The notes beneath the pieces were generated by a model. It had not been told where the DNA came from. It was given only the letters and a program-made list of their open reading frames with translations, and ran no database searches. Both the position numbers and the translations under genes were made by a program. A stretch of 63,399 nt of DNA, filler included, from Spirochaetales bacterium (GTDB lineage Bacteria > Spirochaetota > Spirochaetia > Treponematales > UBA12059), in NCBI GenBank assembly GCA_016928955.1. It is 5 parts of 5 records of this genome, joined end to end, with 100 filler letters (N's around TTAATTAATTAA, not from the genome) between each part and the next. Parts side by side here need not be neighbours in the genome. Positions count along the whole stretch, not along the records: positions 1 to 17,622 come from JAFGJV010000007.1; 4 more parts are not named here. One strand, written 5' to 3'. Numbering within the stretch: the stretch's first letter is position 1; every line of letters starts with the position of its first letter. Positions 7,756 to 16,114 of this stretch are shown here, piece by piece.

Positions 7756-9486
7756 TCAGGATTTCCGGTTCTCCAGGGCGACGACGACGGCCGACAGGGG
7801 CGCAAGCCGCAGTCGGCGCGCGTCGACCGCGCTCCCCGTGGCCTGCCTGTCCGTGGACTCGAGCACGGTGCCCGGCCCGGATACCGAGCGCGCGCGCAGT
7901 ATAGCGGGCGTGTCGCCGTAGTTCAGGGCCACAAGGACGGCGCGCGGGGAGCCTGGCTCCCTGCGCAGCCAGGCCAGTACGGACCCCGAGCCGCCGTCCA
8001 CAAAGCGCTGCTCGCCGCGGCGCAGGGCAGGCTCGGCGCGGCGCAGGGCCAGTATCCGCCGGTACCAGGCCAGGATGGAATCCGGGTCAGTCTCCTGGTC
8101 GGCGGCGTTGACGCCGCGAGCGTGGTCCGGGTGGACGGGCAGCCACGGCCGGACGCCTGCCGGGCAGAAATCCGCGTTGGGTCCGGGGCCCCACTGCACG
8201 GGCGAGCGGCAGCGGTCCCTGGTCATGTCGGCGGCGCGCCGCGCGGCCTCGTCGGGGGGCACGCCCAGGGTGTCGGTCAGCTGGCCGAGGTACCACACGG
8301 CCATGGTGTCGCGCAGGTCGGCGGGGTTGTCCAGGACCAGGTCCTCCATGCCCAGTTCCTCGCCGTTGTACAGGACGGGCGTGCCGCGGATCAGGGTCAC
8401 CATGGCGGCGTTCAGCCTGGCCAGTGCCAGGGAGTGCTCGGGATCGACGCCGCCAAAACGCGTGCGCATGCGCGGCGAGTCGTGATTGCCCAGGGTGTTG
8501 CACGGCCAGCCGCGAGCTGGCAGGCGGTCCAGGGCCTTCTGGCGCGCGCGCTGGTTGGAGCGCACGTGGGCCGGCGTGATTGACTCGGTCCTCATCAGGG
8601 GGAAGTTGAACACCATGTGGATTTCGTCGTCGCCCCGGCCCTGGTAGGCAATGTTGTCGTCCTCCGCTATGAGGACGCGGTCGCCTTGGTACCCGTCCAC
8701 CAGGGCCCTGAGCTCCTTCATGAGCTCGTGGACTCCCGGCTGGCCCCATTGCCGCTTGAACATGTCATGCCAGTAGCGCTGGACCCGGCGCTTGTCGGCC
8801 CTGCTCACGGCGGTCTCAGACAGGCGGCGGAGCCTGGCCAGGTCCAGGGGCAGGCCGTGCGGGGCGAGATCGGGATCCTCAAAGATGGTGCCTATGGCGT
8901 CCAGGCGGAAACCGTCCACGCCCAGGTCCAGCCAGAAACGGACGGCGTCCCACATGGCCTTTTTTACGTCCGGGTTGTGCCAGTTGAGGTCTGGCTGCTG
9001 GCGCATGAAATAATGGTAGTAGTACTGCCCGCGCTCGGGCACGTAGGTCCACGCCGGGCCGTCAAAGCAGGACTGCCAGTCGTTGGGCGGCCGGTCCGCC
9101 CAAACGTACCAGTCGGCCTTGGGATTGTCGCGCGACGACGCCGACTCCAGGAACCAGGGGTGCAGGTCGCTGGTGTGGTTGAGCACCAGGTCCAGGATCA
9201 CCTTGAGGCCGCGGCCGTGGGCCCCGTCCAGGAAGGCGCGGAAGGCCGGCATGCCGCCATACTCCGGGGCCGTGTCCAGGTAGTCGCTCACGTCGTAGCC
9301 CCAGTCCAGGTTGGGCGAGGGAAAGTGCGGCGATATCCAGAGGGCGTCCACGCCAAGCTTGGCCAGATAGTCCAGTTTGGCGGCCATGCCCATGAAGTCG
9401 CCTATGCCGTCGCCGTTGCCGTCGGTAAAGGAGCGGGGATATATCTGGTAGAACACGGCGTCCCGCCACCAGGGTGTGTTGCTCAA
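7756..9486 (-). CDS. GH13 alpha-glucosidase / oligo-1,6-glucosidase family
   Basis: YQIYPRSF, DLVLNHTS, QPDLNW, GFRLDA, NHD motifs. Confidence 0.9.
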   Translation of the reverse strand: MSNTPWWRDAVFYQIYPRSFTDGNGDGIGDFMGMAAKLDYLAKLGVDALWISPHFPSPNLDWGYDVSDYLDTAPEYGGMPAFRAFLDGAHGRGLKVILDLVLNHTSDLHPWFLESASSRDNPKADWYVWADRPPNDWQSCFDGPAWTYVPERGQYYYHYFMRQQPDLNWHNPDVKKAMWDAVRFWLDLGVDGFRLDAIGTIFEDPDLAPHGLPLDLARLRRLSETAVSRADKRRVQRYWHDMFKRQWGQPGVHELMKELRALVDGYQGDRVLIAEDDNIAYQGRGDDEIHMVFNFPLMRTESITPAHVRSNQRARQKALDRLPARGWPCNTLGNHDSPRMRTRFGGVDPEHSLALARLNAAMVTLIRGTPVLYNGEELGMEDLVLDNPADLRDTMAVWYLGQLTDTLGVPPDEAARRAADMTRDRCRSPVQWGPGPNADFCPAGVRPWLPVHPDHARGVNAADQETDPDSILAWYRRILALRRAEPALRRGEQRFVDGGSGSVLAWLRREPGSPRAVLVALNYGDTPAILRARSVSGPGTVLESTDRQATGSAVDARRLRLAPLSAVVVALENRKS

Positions 9487-9516
9487 GGGGTCCTCCGTAT
9501 AGATGCCCGTATCGCG

Positions 9517-10740
9517 TCAGCGCGCCTCGGACAGAGCATGCGAGCGGCCGGCGTGTTCGCGCTCCGCCGCTCCTATCAGGAATTTGTGGCTGACCAGGGC
9601 CATGACCGCCACCGCGGCGTAGATGGAGAAGCCCACGGACAGGCCGGCCACCGTGGACACGGTTGCCATGGTCAGCGGGAACGCAAAACCGCCCAGGCCG
9701 CCTCCCGTGGCCGCAAAGCCCGTGGCCTCGCCCTGGCGATCGGGCAGGGCATAGGCGACGATGCTGACCACCATGGGGTATACCGCCGACGACGACAGGC
9801 CGGCCAGAGCTATGGCCAGCCAGGCCAGGGGCCGGGCCTGGGGGCCGAGGAAGGCCGACAGGGCCAGCATGCCGTAACTGGCCACCATGCCCACGCCCAG
9901 GAAGACCAGGGTCCGCTGGGGCTTGGTGCGCGGGAAGATGGCGGGTATGCCCAGGCGGCCGGCCAGGAGGCCCAGCCAGAATATGGAGGGAACCAAGGCG
10001 GCCACGGCCGCCGGCGCCAGCAGGATACGGTCAAAGAGCTCGGCCGACCAGTTGGACAGGCCGTGCTCCGCGCCCACGTAGAGGAGCAGGGACAGGGCGC
10101 CCAACCAGTATGCCGGGCGGGACGCCAGGCTGCGCGCCTTTCCGCTGCCGGCGGCCTTATCCTCGGTGCCAAGGCTCCTGAACGGCAGTACCAGGGCCGA
10201 CACGAACAGGATGCCGAACATGACGGCGGAAGCGCGGAAGCCCGTCTGCCAGCTTATGCCGGACGCCAGGAGGGCGCCGGTCATGAGGGGGCCGGTGACC
10301 GCGCCTATGGCATAGGCCCCGTGGACCAGGCTCAGCGCCTTGCCCGACGACTCGCCGCCGGCCATCCTGAGGACGGCCCAGTTGGCGGCCACCTCTATGA
10401 AGCCCTGGCCAACGCCGATGAGGGCGTACAAGAGCATGTTGGGCACCAGCTCGGGACCCGTGCCGAAGAGCGCCAGGCCGAGCACGTTGATGCCGTAGCC
10501 CATGGCAAGGGTGCGACCCGCGCCCAGCCTGCCCACCAGCCTGCCCGCCACGAACGATGCCAAGAAGAAGGCCAGGGAGCCTGAGGCCATGACTATGCCG
10601 GCCTGGCTGTCCAGCCAACCATAGCTGTCCAGTATGCGGGGCAGGGCGGCGCCCATGATGGTGTTTGATACGCCGAACAGGAAGAAGGCGGCAAAGACGG
10701 CCGCGAACAGAAGGCGCTTGTCGCGCGGGATGGTAGCCAT
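9517..10740 (-). CDS. MFS transporter (FucP/TsgA-like sugar permease)
   Basis: About 12 hydrophobic segments, GRLVGRLG motif A, YVGAE motif; directly upstream of the GH13 gene. Confidence 0.8.
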   Translation of the reverse strand: MATIPRDKRLLFAAVFAAFFLFGVSNTIMGAALPRILDSYGWLDSQAGIVMASGSLAFFLASFVAGRLVGRLGAGRTLAMGYGINVLGLALFGTGPELVPNMLLYALIGVGQGFIEVAANWAVLRMAGGESSGKALSLVHGAYAIGAVTGPLMTGALLASGISWQTGFRASAVMFGILFVSALVLPFRSLGTEDKAAGSGKARSLASRPAYWLGALSLLLYVGAEHGLSNWSAELFDRILLAPAAVAALVPSIFWLGLLAGRLGIPAIFPRTKPQRTLVFLGVGMVASYGMLALSAFLGPQARPLAWLAIALAGLSSSAVYPMVVSIVAYALPDRQGEATGFAATGGGLGGFAFPLTMATVSTVAGLSVGFSIYAAVAVMALVSHKFLIGAAEREHAGRSHALSEAR

Positions 10741-10798
10741 GTGGCTGGATAGTGGCACGCCGACCCGGGCGGGTCAAGAGAGCCAGGGAGCTGCCTGC

Positions 10799-11356
10799 TT
10801 ACGGCTCCGAGGCCTGGATGATCTGGTCCAGGGTCTTGGGGAAAAGGTCCTTGAGCGTGTCCAGGTCTTCCTGGGTAACCATGGATTCCCGTTCCAGGGC
10901 AAGGTCGCGGTTCATGGTGTTCAGCTTGCGCAGGAGGCTGTATATGATGAAGGTGAGTATCTTGAGGCCCGCCGTGGGCATGGCGTTGCAGTACTCGAAA
11001 ATGTGGTCCCTGGATATGCTGACCAGGCGCACCTGGGTCCTGGCGACCACGCTGGCCGTGCGCCGCACGTCCATGAACATGGACGTCTCGCCGAACACGT
11101 CGCCCTTCTCCACGCCGGACACGCGCACCTGTTCCTTCTCGGCGCCGCGCACCATGATGTCGACCGAGCCCGAGAGCAGGATGTACAGGTAGCGGCTGAC
11201 CGAGTCCTGGGTGACGATGGCCTCCCCGGGCGCGTATTCCCAATGCTCGCACACGCCTATGATGCGCCTGAGCTCCTCAAGGGACAGGTTCTGGAGTATC
11301 AGGGTGGCCGCGAGCTCCTGCAGCATGGGATCATGGTTAACCGGTAACTGGCGCAC
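10799..11356 (-). CDS. Stand-alone cyclic nucleotide-binding domain protein (paralog of 6216-6752)
   Basis: ILLSGSV...GDVFGE...RRTASV; C-terminal LLRKL...LALER helix shared with the paralog. Confidence 0.85.
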   Translation of the reverse strand: MRQLPVNHDPMLQELAATLILQNLSLEELRRIIGVCEHWEYAPGEAIVTQDSVSRYLYILLSGSVDIMVRGAEKEQVRVSGVEKGDVFGETSMFMDVRRTASVVARTQVRLVSISRDHIFEYCNAMPTAGLKILTFIIYSLLRKLNTMNRDLALERESMVTQEDLDTLKDLFPKTLDQIIQASEP

Positions 11357-11486
11357 GGCGGGCTCCTCGTCGTTTGGGCTGGTCGCTACGCAAGGAGTGT
11401 AGCGCGGGCCGTGCAGCCGCGCAACAGCGATACCGCGCGCATCAAAGCTTCGTCACACGGGGGGAGCATGGATGGCGGCAGGGCAT

Positions 11487-11525
11487 AAAAAAAGGCTTCC
11501 GGACAAGGAGGTTAAGCCGGAAGCC
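11487..11525 (-). terminator. Intrinsic terminator with anti-SD loop
   Basis: Minus strand GGCTTCCGG-CTTAACCTCCTTGT-CCGGAAGCC-TTTTTTT. Confidence 0.85.
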
Positions 11526-11738
11526 CAGCCGTCTGTGACGGCGCCAGTCCCCTGACGCGCATCGCAACGGTGGTGCATTGGGATGCGCGTCAGCACGGAG
11601 GCCCGGAAAGCCGGGCATCCATGTAATTCTGTTAACGTTTTAGGCTCTGTACTACAATCTGTTGTAGTAAAGTTCTTATTACTGAAAATGGTTGTAAAGC
11701 TGTTGTTTTACGACGATTGACTGACCGTTGCCGAACTG
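11487..11738 (-). ncRNA. Candidate ~250-nt structured small RNA (unassigned family)
   Basis: Consensus-like promoter upstream, several strong hairpins, intrinsic terminator, no SD-led ORF; 5' end estimated from -10 spacing. Confidence 0.6.
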
Positions 11739-11744
11739 GTTGAC

Positions 11745-11773
11745 ATAATATCCAATACCTCTAAGCATGTCAA
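11745..11773 (-). promoter_or_regulatory. sigma70-type promoter for the candidate sRNA
   Basis: TTGACA-17 nt-TATTAT on the minus strand. Confidence 0.75.
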
Positions 11774-11829
11774 GCGACCATACCGTTGCGTTTCAGCGAC
11801 ACCGTGCGCCCAAAAGCTTGATTTGTCAT

Positions 11830-11861
11830 CCATACTACTATACAAATGTATAGTAGTATGG
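11830..11861. promoter_or_regulatory. Palindromic operator overlapping the dnaE2 start (probable SOS/LexA-type box)
   Basis: CCATACTACTATACA-AA-TGTATAGTAGTATGG, 15-bp perfect arms, AT-rich in a GC-rich background. Confidence 0.65.
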
Positions 11862-14800
11862 CATACCCCGCCCCCGATCCGCCGCCCGTGCTCGCGGCAC
11901 GCAGTTACTATTCCCTCCTTCGCGGCGCTCTGTCGCCGGAACGTGTGGCAGAGCACGCCGCTCGCTCGGGTTTTGGCGCCCTGGCCCTTACGGACCTGGG
12001 CAACCTGTATGCCCTGCCGGCCATGGCCGACGCCGCGGCCGAGCGGGGCCTGGGGTGCCTGGCCGGTGCAGCCCTGGAGCGGCCTAACGGGTCGGCCATA
12101 TACGCCTGGGCCCTGGACAGGCGCGGCTACGGCAGACTGTGCGGTATCCTTTCTCGCTCGCTGGCGTCGCCCGTGGGCCTTCCGCACGACGCGCTGGCGG
12201 ATCTGGTAGCCGGAGCCTGGGATGGTCTGGCCCTTGCCACGGACGACGAGGCTGCCCTTGGGGCGCTGGCGGCGGCCGCGCCCGTCCACGGCGACCCGAC
12301 CCGGCCCTACGCCCTGCCCTTTGTCGCCCTCCTGTCGGGGCAAGCCATGAGCACGTCCGCCCGCTTGGCCAGGCGCCTGGGCCTGCCCCCCCTGGCCGTG
12401 GCCGGCGGCCGCACCCTGACGGATGACGACGACGAGCTACTGCCCCTGCTGGGGGCCATAGACCGCCGCCTGACGCTCGGCGGCCTGAACGGAAGCTCCG
12501 GCTGGCGCGCGCCCGGGCCTGAAGACCGCCTGCCGGACGCGGAGCGTGTCCTGGCCCTGTATTCCGCGTATCCGGAGGCTTTGGACGCGGCGCGCGCCCT
12601 TGCAAGGGACGCGGCCCCCGCGTCGTCGTTTTTTTCGTCGCCCCCCGCCTTTCCCTCCTGGCGCGGCCTGCCGGACGCGGAAACCTTCCGGGCCCTGCGT
12701 AGCGCCTGTCAGGACGGGGCCGCCCGCCGCTACGCTCCGGCTGGCGCCTCCCGCCCAGACGTGGCCGCGCGGCTGGAGCGCGAACTGGCCATAATACGCG
12801 ACAAGGGCTTTGCCGCCTACTTTCTAGTGGTCAGGGACATCGTGGCGGCCTGTCCGCGCACCTGCGGCAGGGGTAGCGCCGCGTCCAGCATCGTGTCGTA
12901 CCTCCTGGGGCTTACCCACGTGGATCCCCTGGCCCACGACCTTTTCTTCGAGCGCTTTCTCAACGAGGGTCGCACCGACCCGCCGGACATAGACATAGAC
13001 TTTCCCTGGGACGAGCGCCCGGCCGTGCTCAAACGCGTGTTCAGCGAGTACCGCGGCCGCTCTGCCATGGTGGCCGACCACTGCCGTTTTTCCGGCGCCA
13101 GCCGCGTCCGCGAGGGCGCCCTGGCCCTGGGCATGGACCCTGACACACTGGACCGGGAAGTAAGCGCCTGGAGGCACGGCGGCACGGAGGCCCTGGCCCC
13201 GGCCCTGGCACGGGCGGCCCGCCTTCTCAAGGGCGTGCCGCGCTACATAGGCACGCACCCCGGCGGAGTGGTCATCACCCCGGGGCCCATGGACGACTAC
13301 GCCCACGTGCAGCCCGGCCTGGCTGGCTACCCGGTCCTGGCCTGGGAGAAGGACGGCACCGAGCGCGCGGGCCTGGTCAAGATAGATTTGCTGGGGAACC
13401 GCTCCCTGGCCGTGCTCCGCGACTGCATCGAGCTGTGCTCCCGCGAGCCGGGCGCCCCGCCGGAGGCCACCGACTGGGAGCGCTTCAATCCCGTGGACGA
13501 GCCGTCGGCGCGCGCTCTCATAGAGTCGGGCAATACCATCGGCGTCTTCTATATAGAATCGCCGGCCACGCGCCAGCTCTTGGCCAAGATGCGCAGGGCC
13601 GACTACGGCCACCTGGTCGCCGCCAGCTCGATCATACGCCCGGCGGCCAACCGCTACATCAACGAGTATGTCAGGCGCATGCACGGCGGCTCGTGGAAAC
13701 GCATGCCGGACGCGGTTGAGGCCTGCCTGGCGGACACCTACGGCATCATGGTGTACCAGGAGGACGTGTCGCGCGTGGCCATGGCAGCCGCCGGCTTCCA
13801 GGCGGCCGAGGCCGACGCCCTCCGCAAGACCCTGACAAAAAAACGCGGCTCCGCGCGCCTTGCGGCTTTCCGCGAGCGCTTTGAGGGCGGTTGCGCGGAG
13901 CGCGGCGTGTCCACGGCCGACGCCGACGATCTGTGGTCCATGATGCTGTCCTTTGACGGGTACTCGTTCTGCAAGTCCCATTCGGCGTCCTACGCCCTGG
14001 TGTCGTACCGCCTGGCCTGGATGAAGGCCAACCGGCCGGGCTACTTCATAGCGTCCGTCATCAACAACGGCGGCGGCTTTTACGGCACCCAGGCCTACCT
14101 GGGCGAGGCCGGCCGCCTGGGTTTCCGCGTCCTGCCGCCCGGCGTCAACCACAGCGGCGTCCGTTACGCCATGGAGGGACCGGACGCCATACGGACGGGC
14201 CTGTGCCAGGTGGTGGGCCTGTCGTCGTCCTGCGCTGCGGCCATAGAGCGGGGCCGGCAGGCGGGAGACTACGCCGACCTGGCCGATTTTCTGGAGCGTG
14301 TCCGCCCGTCCTATGACGACTTCCGCGTCCTTGCCCGCTCGGGCTGCCTGGACGGCCTTCCGTCCGGCCTTGGCGGTCAGGCTGCCCTTTCCCGGCCGGC
14401 GCTCCTGTGGGCTTTCCGGCGCTGGGAGCGCTCGGGTCCGCCCGGAGGCCTGTTTCCCGACTGGTCCGTGCCCGACTGCGTGCGCGACTATCCCGAATCG
14501 CGCAAGCTGGCCGACGAGGCGGATTTCCTGGGCGTTATCGTGTCGCGCAATCCCGCGTCGCTCTTTGCCGGCCGGGCCCGTTCGGAGGCCAGGCGGCTCT
14601 CCTGGCCCGAACCATCGTCGTCCTCGGAGCTCGGCGCCCTCCTGGGCCGACGCGTCAGCCTCCTGGGCGTGGCCGTGGCAGGCAAGGAAGTGCTCACCCA
14701 CGCGGGGGCGCCCATGTGCTTCCGTTCCTTCTCCGACGAGGCAGGCGTGTACGAGTGCGTCGTTTTCCCTCAAGCGTACCGCCGACTTCTGCCGATGTTG

Positions 14801-14953
14801 GAAGAAAATGGGGCCTTCCTTGTGCTTGGCTCGGTGCGCTATGACCACGGGGCCGTGGCCGTGCACGTGGAAGACGTGTCGAGTCTGAACAGGAGCCGGC
14901 CGCCGGGGCGCAGAGGGAACAGTGAACATAGCCGTAACGGCACTAGCGCATAA
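11858..14953 (+). CDS. dnaE2: Error-prone DNA polymerase III alpha subunit DnaE2 (alternative start 11846)
   Basis: Degenerate PHP domain (SYYSLLRGA), GRGSAASS, LFFERFL, PDIDIDF, HPGG, KIDLLG, YSFCKSH, OB fold; lacks the replicative C-terminal extension. Confidence 0.85.
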   Translation: MAYPAPDPPPVLAARSYYSLLRGALSPERVAEHAARSGFGALALTDLGNLYALPAMADAAAERGLGCLAGAALERPNGSAIYAWALDRRGYGRLCGILSRSLASPVGLPHDALADLVAGAWDGLALATDDEAALGALAAAAPVHGDPTRPYALPFVALLSGQAMSTSARLARRLGLPPLAVAGGRTLTDDDDELLPLLGAIDRRLTLGGLNGSSGWRAPGPEDRLPDAERVLALYSAYPEALDAARALARDAAPASSFFSSPPAFPSWRGLPDAETFRALRSACQDGAARRYAPAGASRPDVAARLERELAIIRDKGFAAYFLVVRDIVAACPRTCGRGSAASSIVSYLLGLTHVDPLAHDLFFERFLNEGRTDPPDIDIDFPWDERPAVLKRVFSEYRGRSAMVADHCRFSGASRVREGALALGMDPDTLDREVSAWRHGGTEALAPALARAARLLKGVPRYIGTHPGGVVITPGPMDDYAHVQPGLAGYPVLAWEKDGTERAGLVKIDLLGNRSLAVLRDCIELCSREPGAPPEATDWERFNPVDEPSARALIESGNTIGVFYIESPATRQLLAKMRRADYGHLVAASSIIRPAANRYINEYVRRMHGGSWKRMPDAVEACLADTYGIMVYQEDVSRVAMAAAGFQAAEADALRKTLTKKRGSARLAAFRERFEGGCAERGVSTADADDLWSMMLSFDGYSFCKSHSASYALVSYRLAWMKANRPGYFIASVINNGGGFYGTQAYLGEAGRLGFRVLPPGVNHSGVRYAMEGPDAIRTGLCQVVGLSSSCAAAIERGRQAGDYADLADFLERVRPSYDDFRVLARSGCLDGLPSGLGGQAALSRPALLWAFRRWERSGPPGGLFPDWSVPDCVRDYPESRKLADEADFLGVIVSRNPASLFAGRARSEARRLSWPEPSSSSELGALLGRRVSLLGVAVAGKEVLTHAGAPMCFRSFSDEAGVYECVVFPQAYRRLLPMLEENGAFLVLGSVRYDHGAVAVHVEDVSSLNRSRPPGRRGNSEHSRNGTSA

Positions 14954-15821
14954 CGCCGACCTGGCGTCCCAGCTCATCCACACCCTTGCCGAGGGAGGCA
15001 TGTGCGCCTACGGCGTGAAGTACGGGTCGTCCTGGCGACACGAGGCCAAGGCCAAGACCGACGGCGTTTTGTCCAAGGCCACGCACTTCCTCCATATAGT
15101 CGACCCGCGTACGGAAGGCGAGGGCTTTCTGGCCTACGTTGTGGGCATGGCCCGGGGCGACGGCCGCCACATGGCCGTGTACCGCGCCGATGTGCTCTGG
15201 GAGGCGCGGGGCTGGCTGGCCGGCCTGCCCGTGTTCGACGGCTCCGACGAGACCCTGGCCTTCTACCGCGCCGAGCGCCAGGAGTGGCAGGTGGCCGAGC
15301 AACGGAGGCAGGCCCGCGCCAGCCTCCTGGAACTGGGCATATCCTGGCACGCCGAGTCCATGGCCCAGTGCGCGCGGGAAGGCGACAACAAGGCCATCGA
15401 GCTGTTTCTGGCCTCCGGCTATCCGCCGGACGTGCGCGACAAGACCGGCGTGCCCATGCTTTGCTTGGCGGCCCGTTCGCGCCACCACACCATCGTCGAG
15501 CTGCTCCTGGACCGTGGCTGCGACATCAACGTGCAAAGCGACGATCGCGGCTATTCCGCCCTCATGGACGCCGCCCAGACCGGTGACGATGCCCTGCTCC
15601 GCATACTGCTCGGCCGTGGCGCCAACCCGGACCTGGCCAGCAAGGACGGCCAGACCGCATTGATACTGGCCGTTGGCCGCAACGACTTGGTGTCGGCCAA
15701 GCTTCTCCTTGAGCACGGGGCCAACGCCGACCTTACTGACAAGCTTGGCCTGTCCGCGCGCAAGTACGCGTCGCTGTTCCACAACCCGGACATGGCCGCC
15801 CTCTTTGCCGACTATCCCTGA
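14922..15821 (+). CDS. Ankyrin-repeat protein with a TIR-like alpha/beta N-terminal domain
   Basis: Ankyrin repeats (GYSALMDAA, GQTALILAV, GANADLTD); N-terminal pattern resembles a TIR_2 fold; overlaps the dnaE2 end by 32 nt. Confidence 0.75.
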   Translation: MNIAVTALAHNADLASQLIHTLAEGGMCAYGVKYGSSWRHEAKAKTDGVLSKATHFLHIVDPRTEGEGFLAYVVGMARGDGRHMAVYRADVLWEARGWLAGLPVFDGSDETLAFYRAERQEWQVAEQRRQARASLLELGISWHAESMAQCAREGDNKAIELFLASGYPPDVRDKTGVPMLCLAARSRHHTIVELLLDRGCDINVQSDDRGYSALMDAAQTGDDALLRILLGRGANPDLASKDGQTALILAVGRNDLVSAKLLLEHGANADLTDKLGLSARKYASLFHNPDMAALFADYP

Positions 15822-15834
15822 TCCGCCCCGGCCC

Positions 15835-15864
15835 TTGACACTCAGCCCCTGTTTTTTGTATTGT
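15835..15864 (+). promoter_or_regulatory. sigma70-type promoter of tRNA-Gln/Glu
   Basis: TTGACA-18 nt-TATTGT just upstream of the tRNA. Confidence 0.6.
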
Positions 15865-15882
15865 TTCGCTCGCCGATAGCTT

Positions 15883-15953
15883 TCCCCGGTTGTGTAATGG
15901 TAGCACGGCAGACTCTGGATCTGCTTGTGGGGGTTCAAATCCTCCCTGGGGAA
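15883..15953 (+). tRNA. tRNA-Gln(CTG)
   Basis: Acceptor TCCCCGG/CTGGGGA, anticodon stem GCAGA/TCTGC with loop CTCTGGA, T-loop GGTTCAAATCC. Confidence 0.93.
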
Positions 15954-16042
15954 CTACAGCTTTGTTGGACATCGGACGATCGCGGTTTCGCAAGGAACCG
16001 CGTCGCGTGGAAAGGCGCTTTTTCCAAGGCCCCTTCCCCCGC

Positions 16043-16114
16043 GGCCCCTTCGTCTATCGGTTAGGACAAAAGATTCTCAATCTTTAAAGAGGGGTTCGAC
16101 TCCCCTAGGGGCTA
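16043..16114 (+). tRNA. tRNA-Glu(CTC)
   Basis: Acceptor GGCCCCT/AGGGGCT, anticodon stem AAAGA/TCTTT with loop TTCTCAA, T-loop GGTTCGACTCC. Confidence 0.93.

Noticed and set aside
8617..10584. Long antisense ORFs (also 12824-15001, 27418-29118, 31449-33029, 38764-40671, 54976-56502, 59827-61239)
   Set aside because: Shadow frames opposite well-supported genes, expected at high GC; no motifs.
11708..11746. Leader peptide MSTSSATVSQSS on the minus strand
   Set aside because: Its ATG overlaps the predicted -10 element, so it lies upstream of the transcription start.
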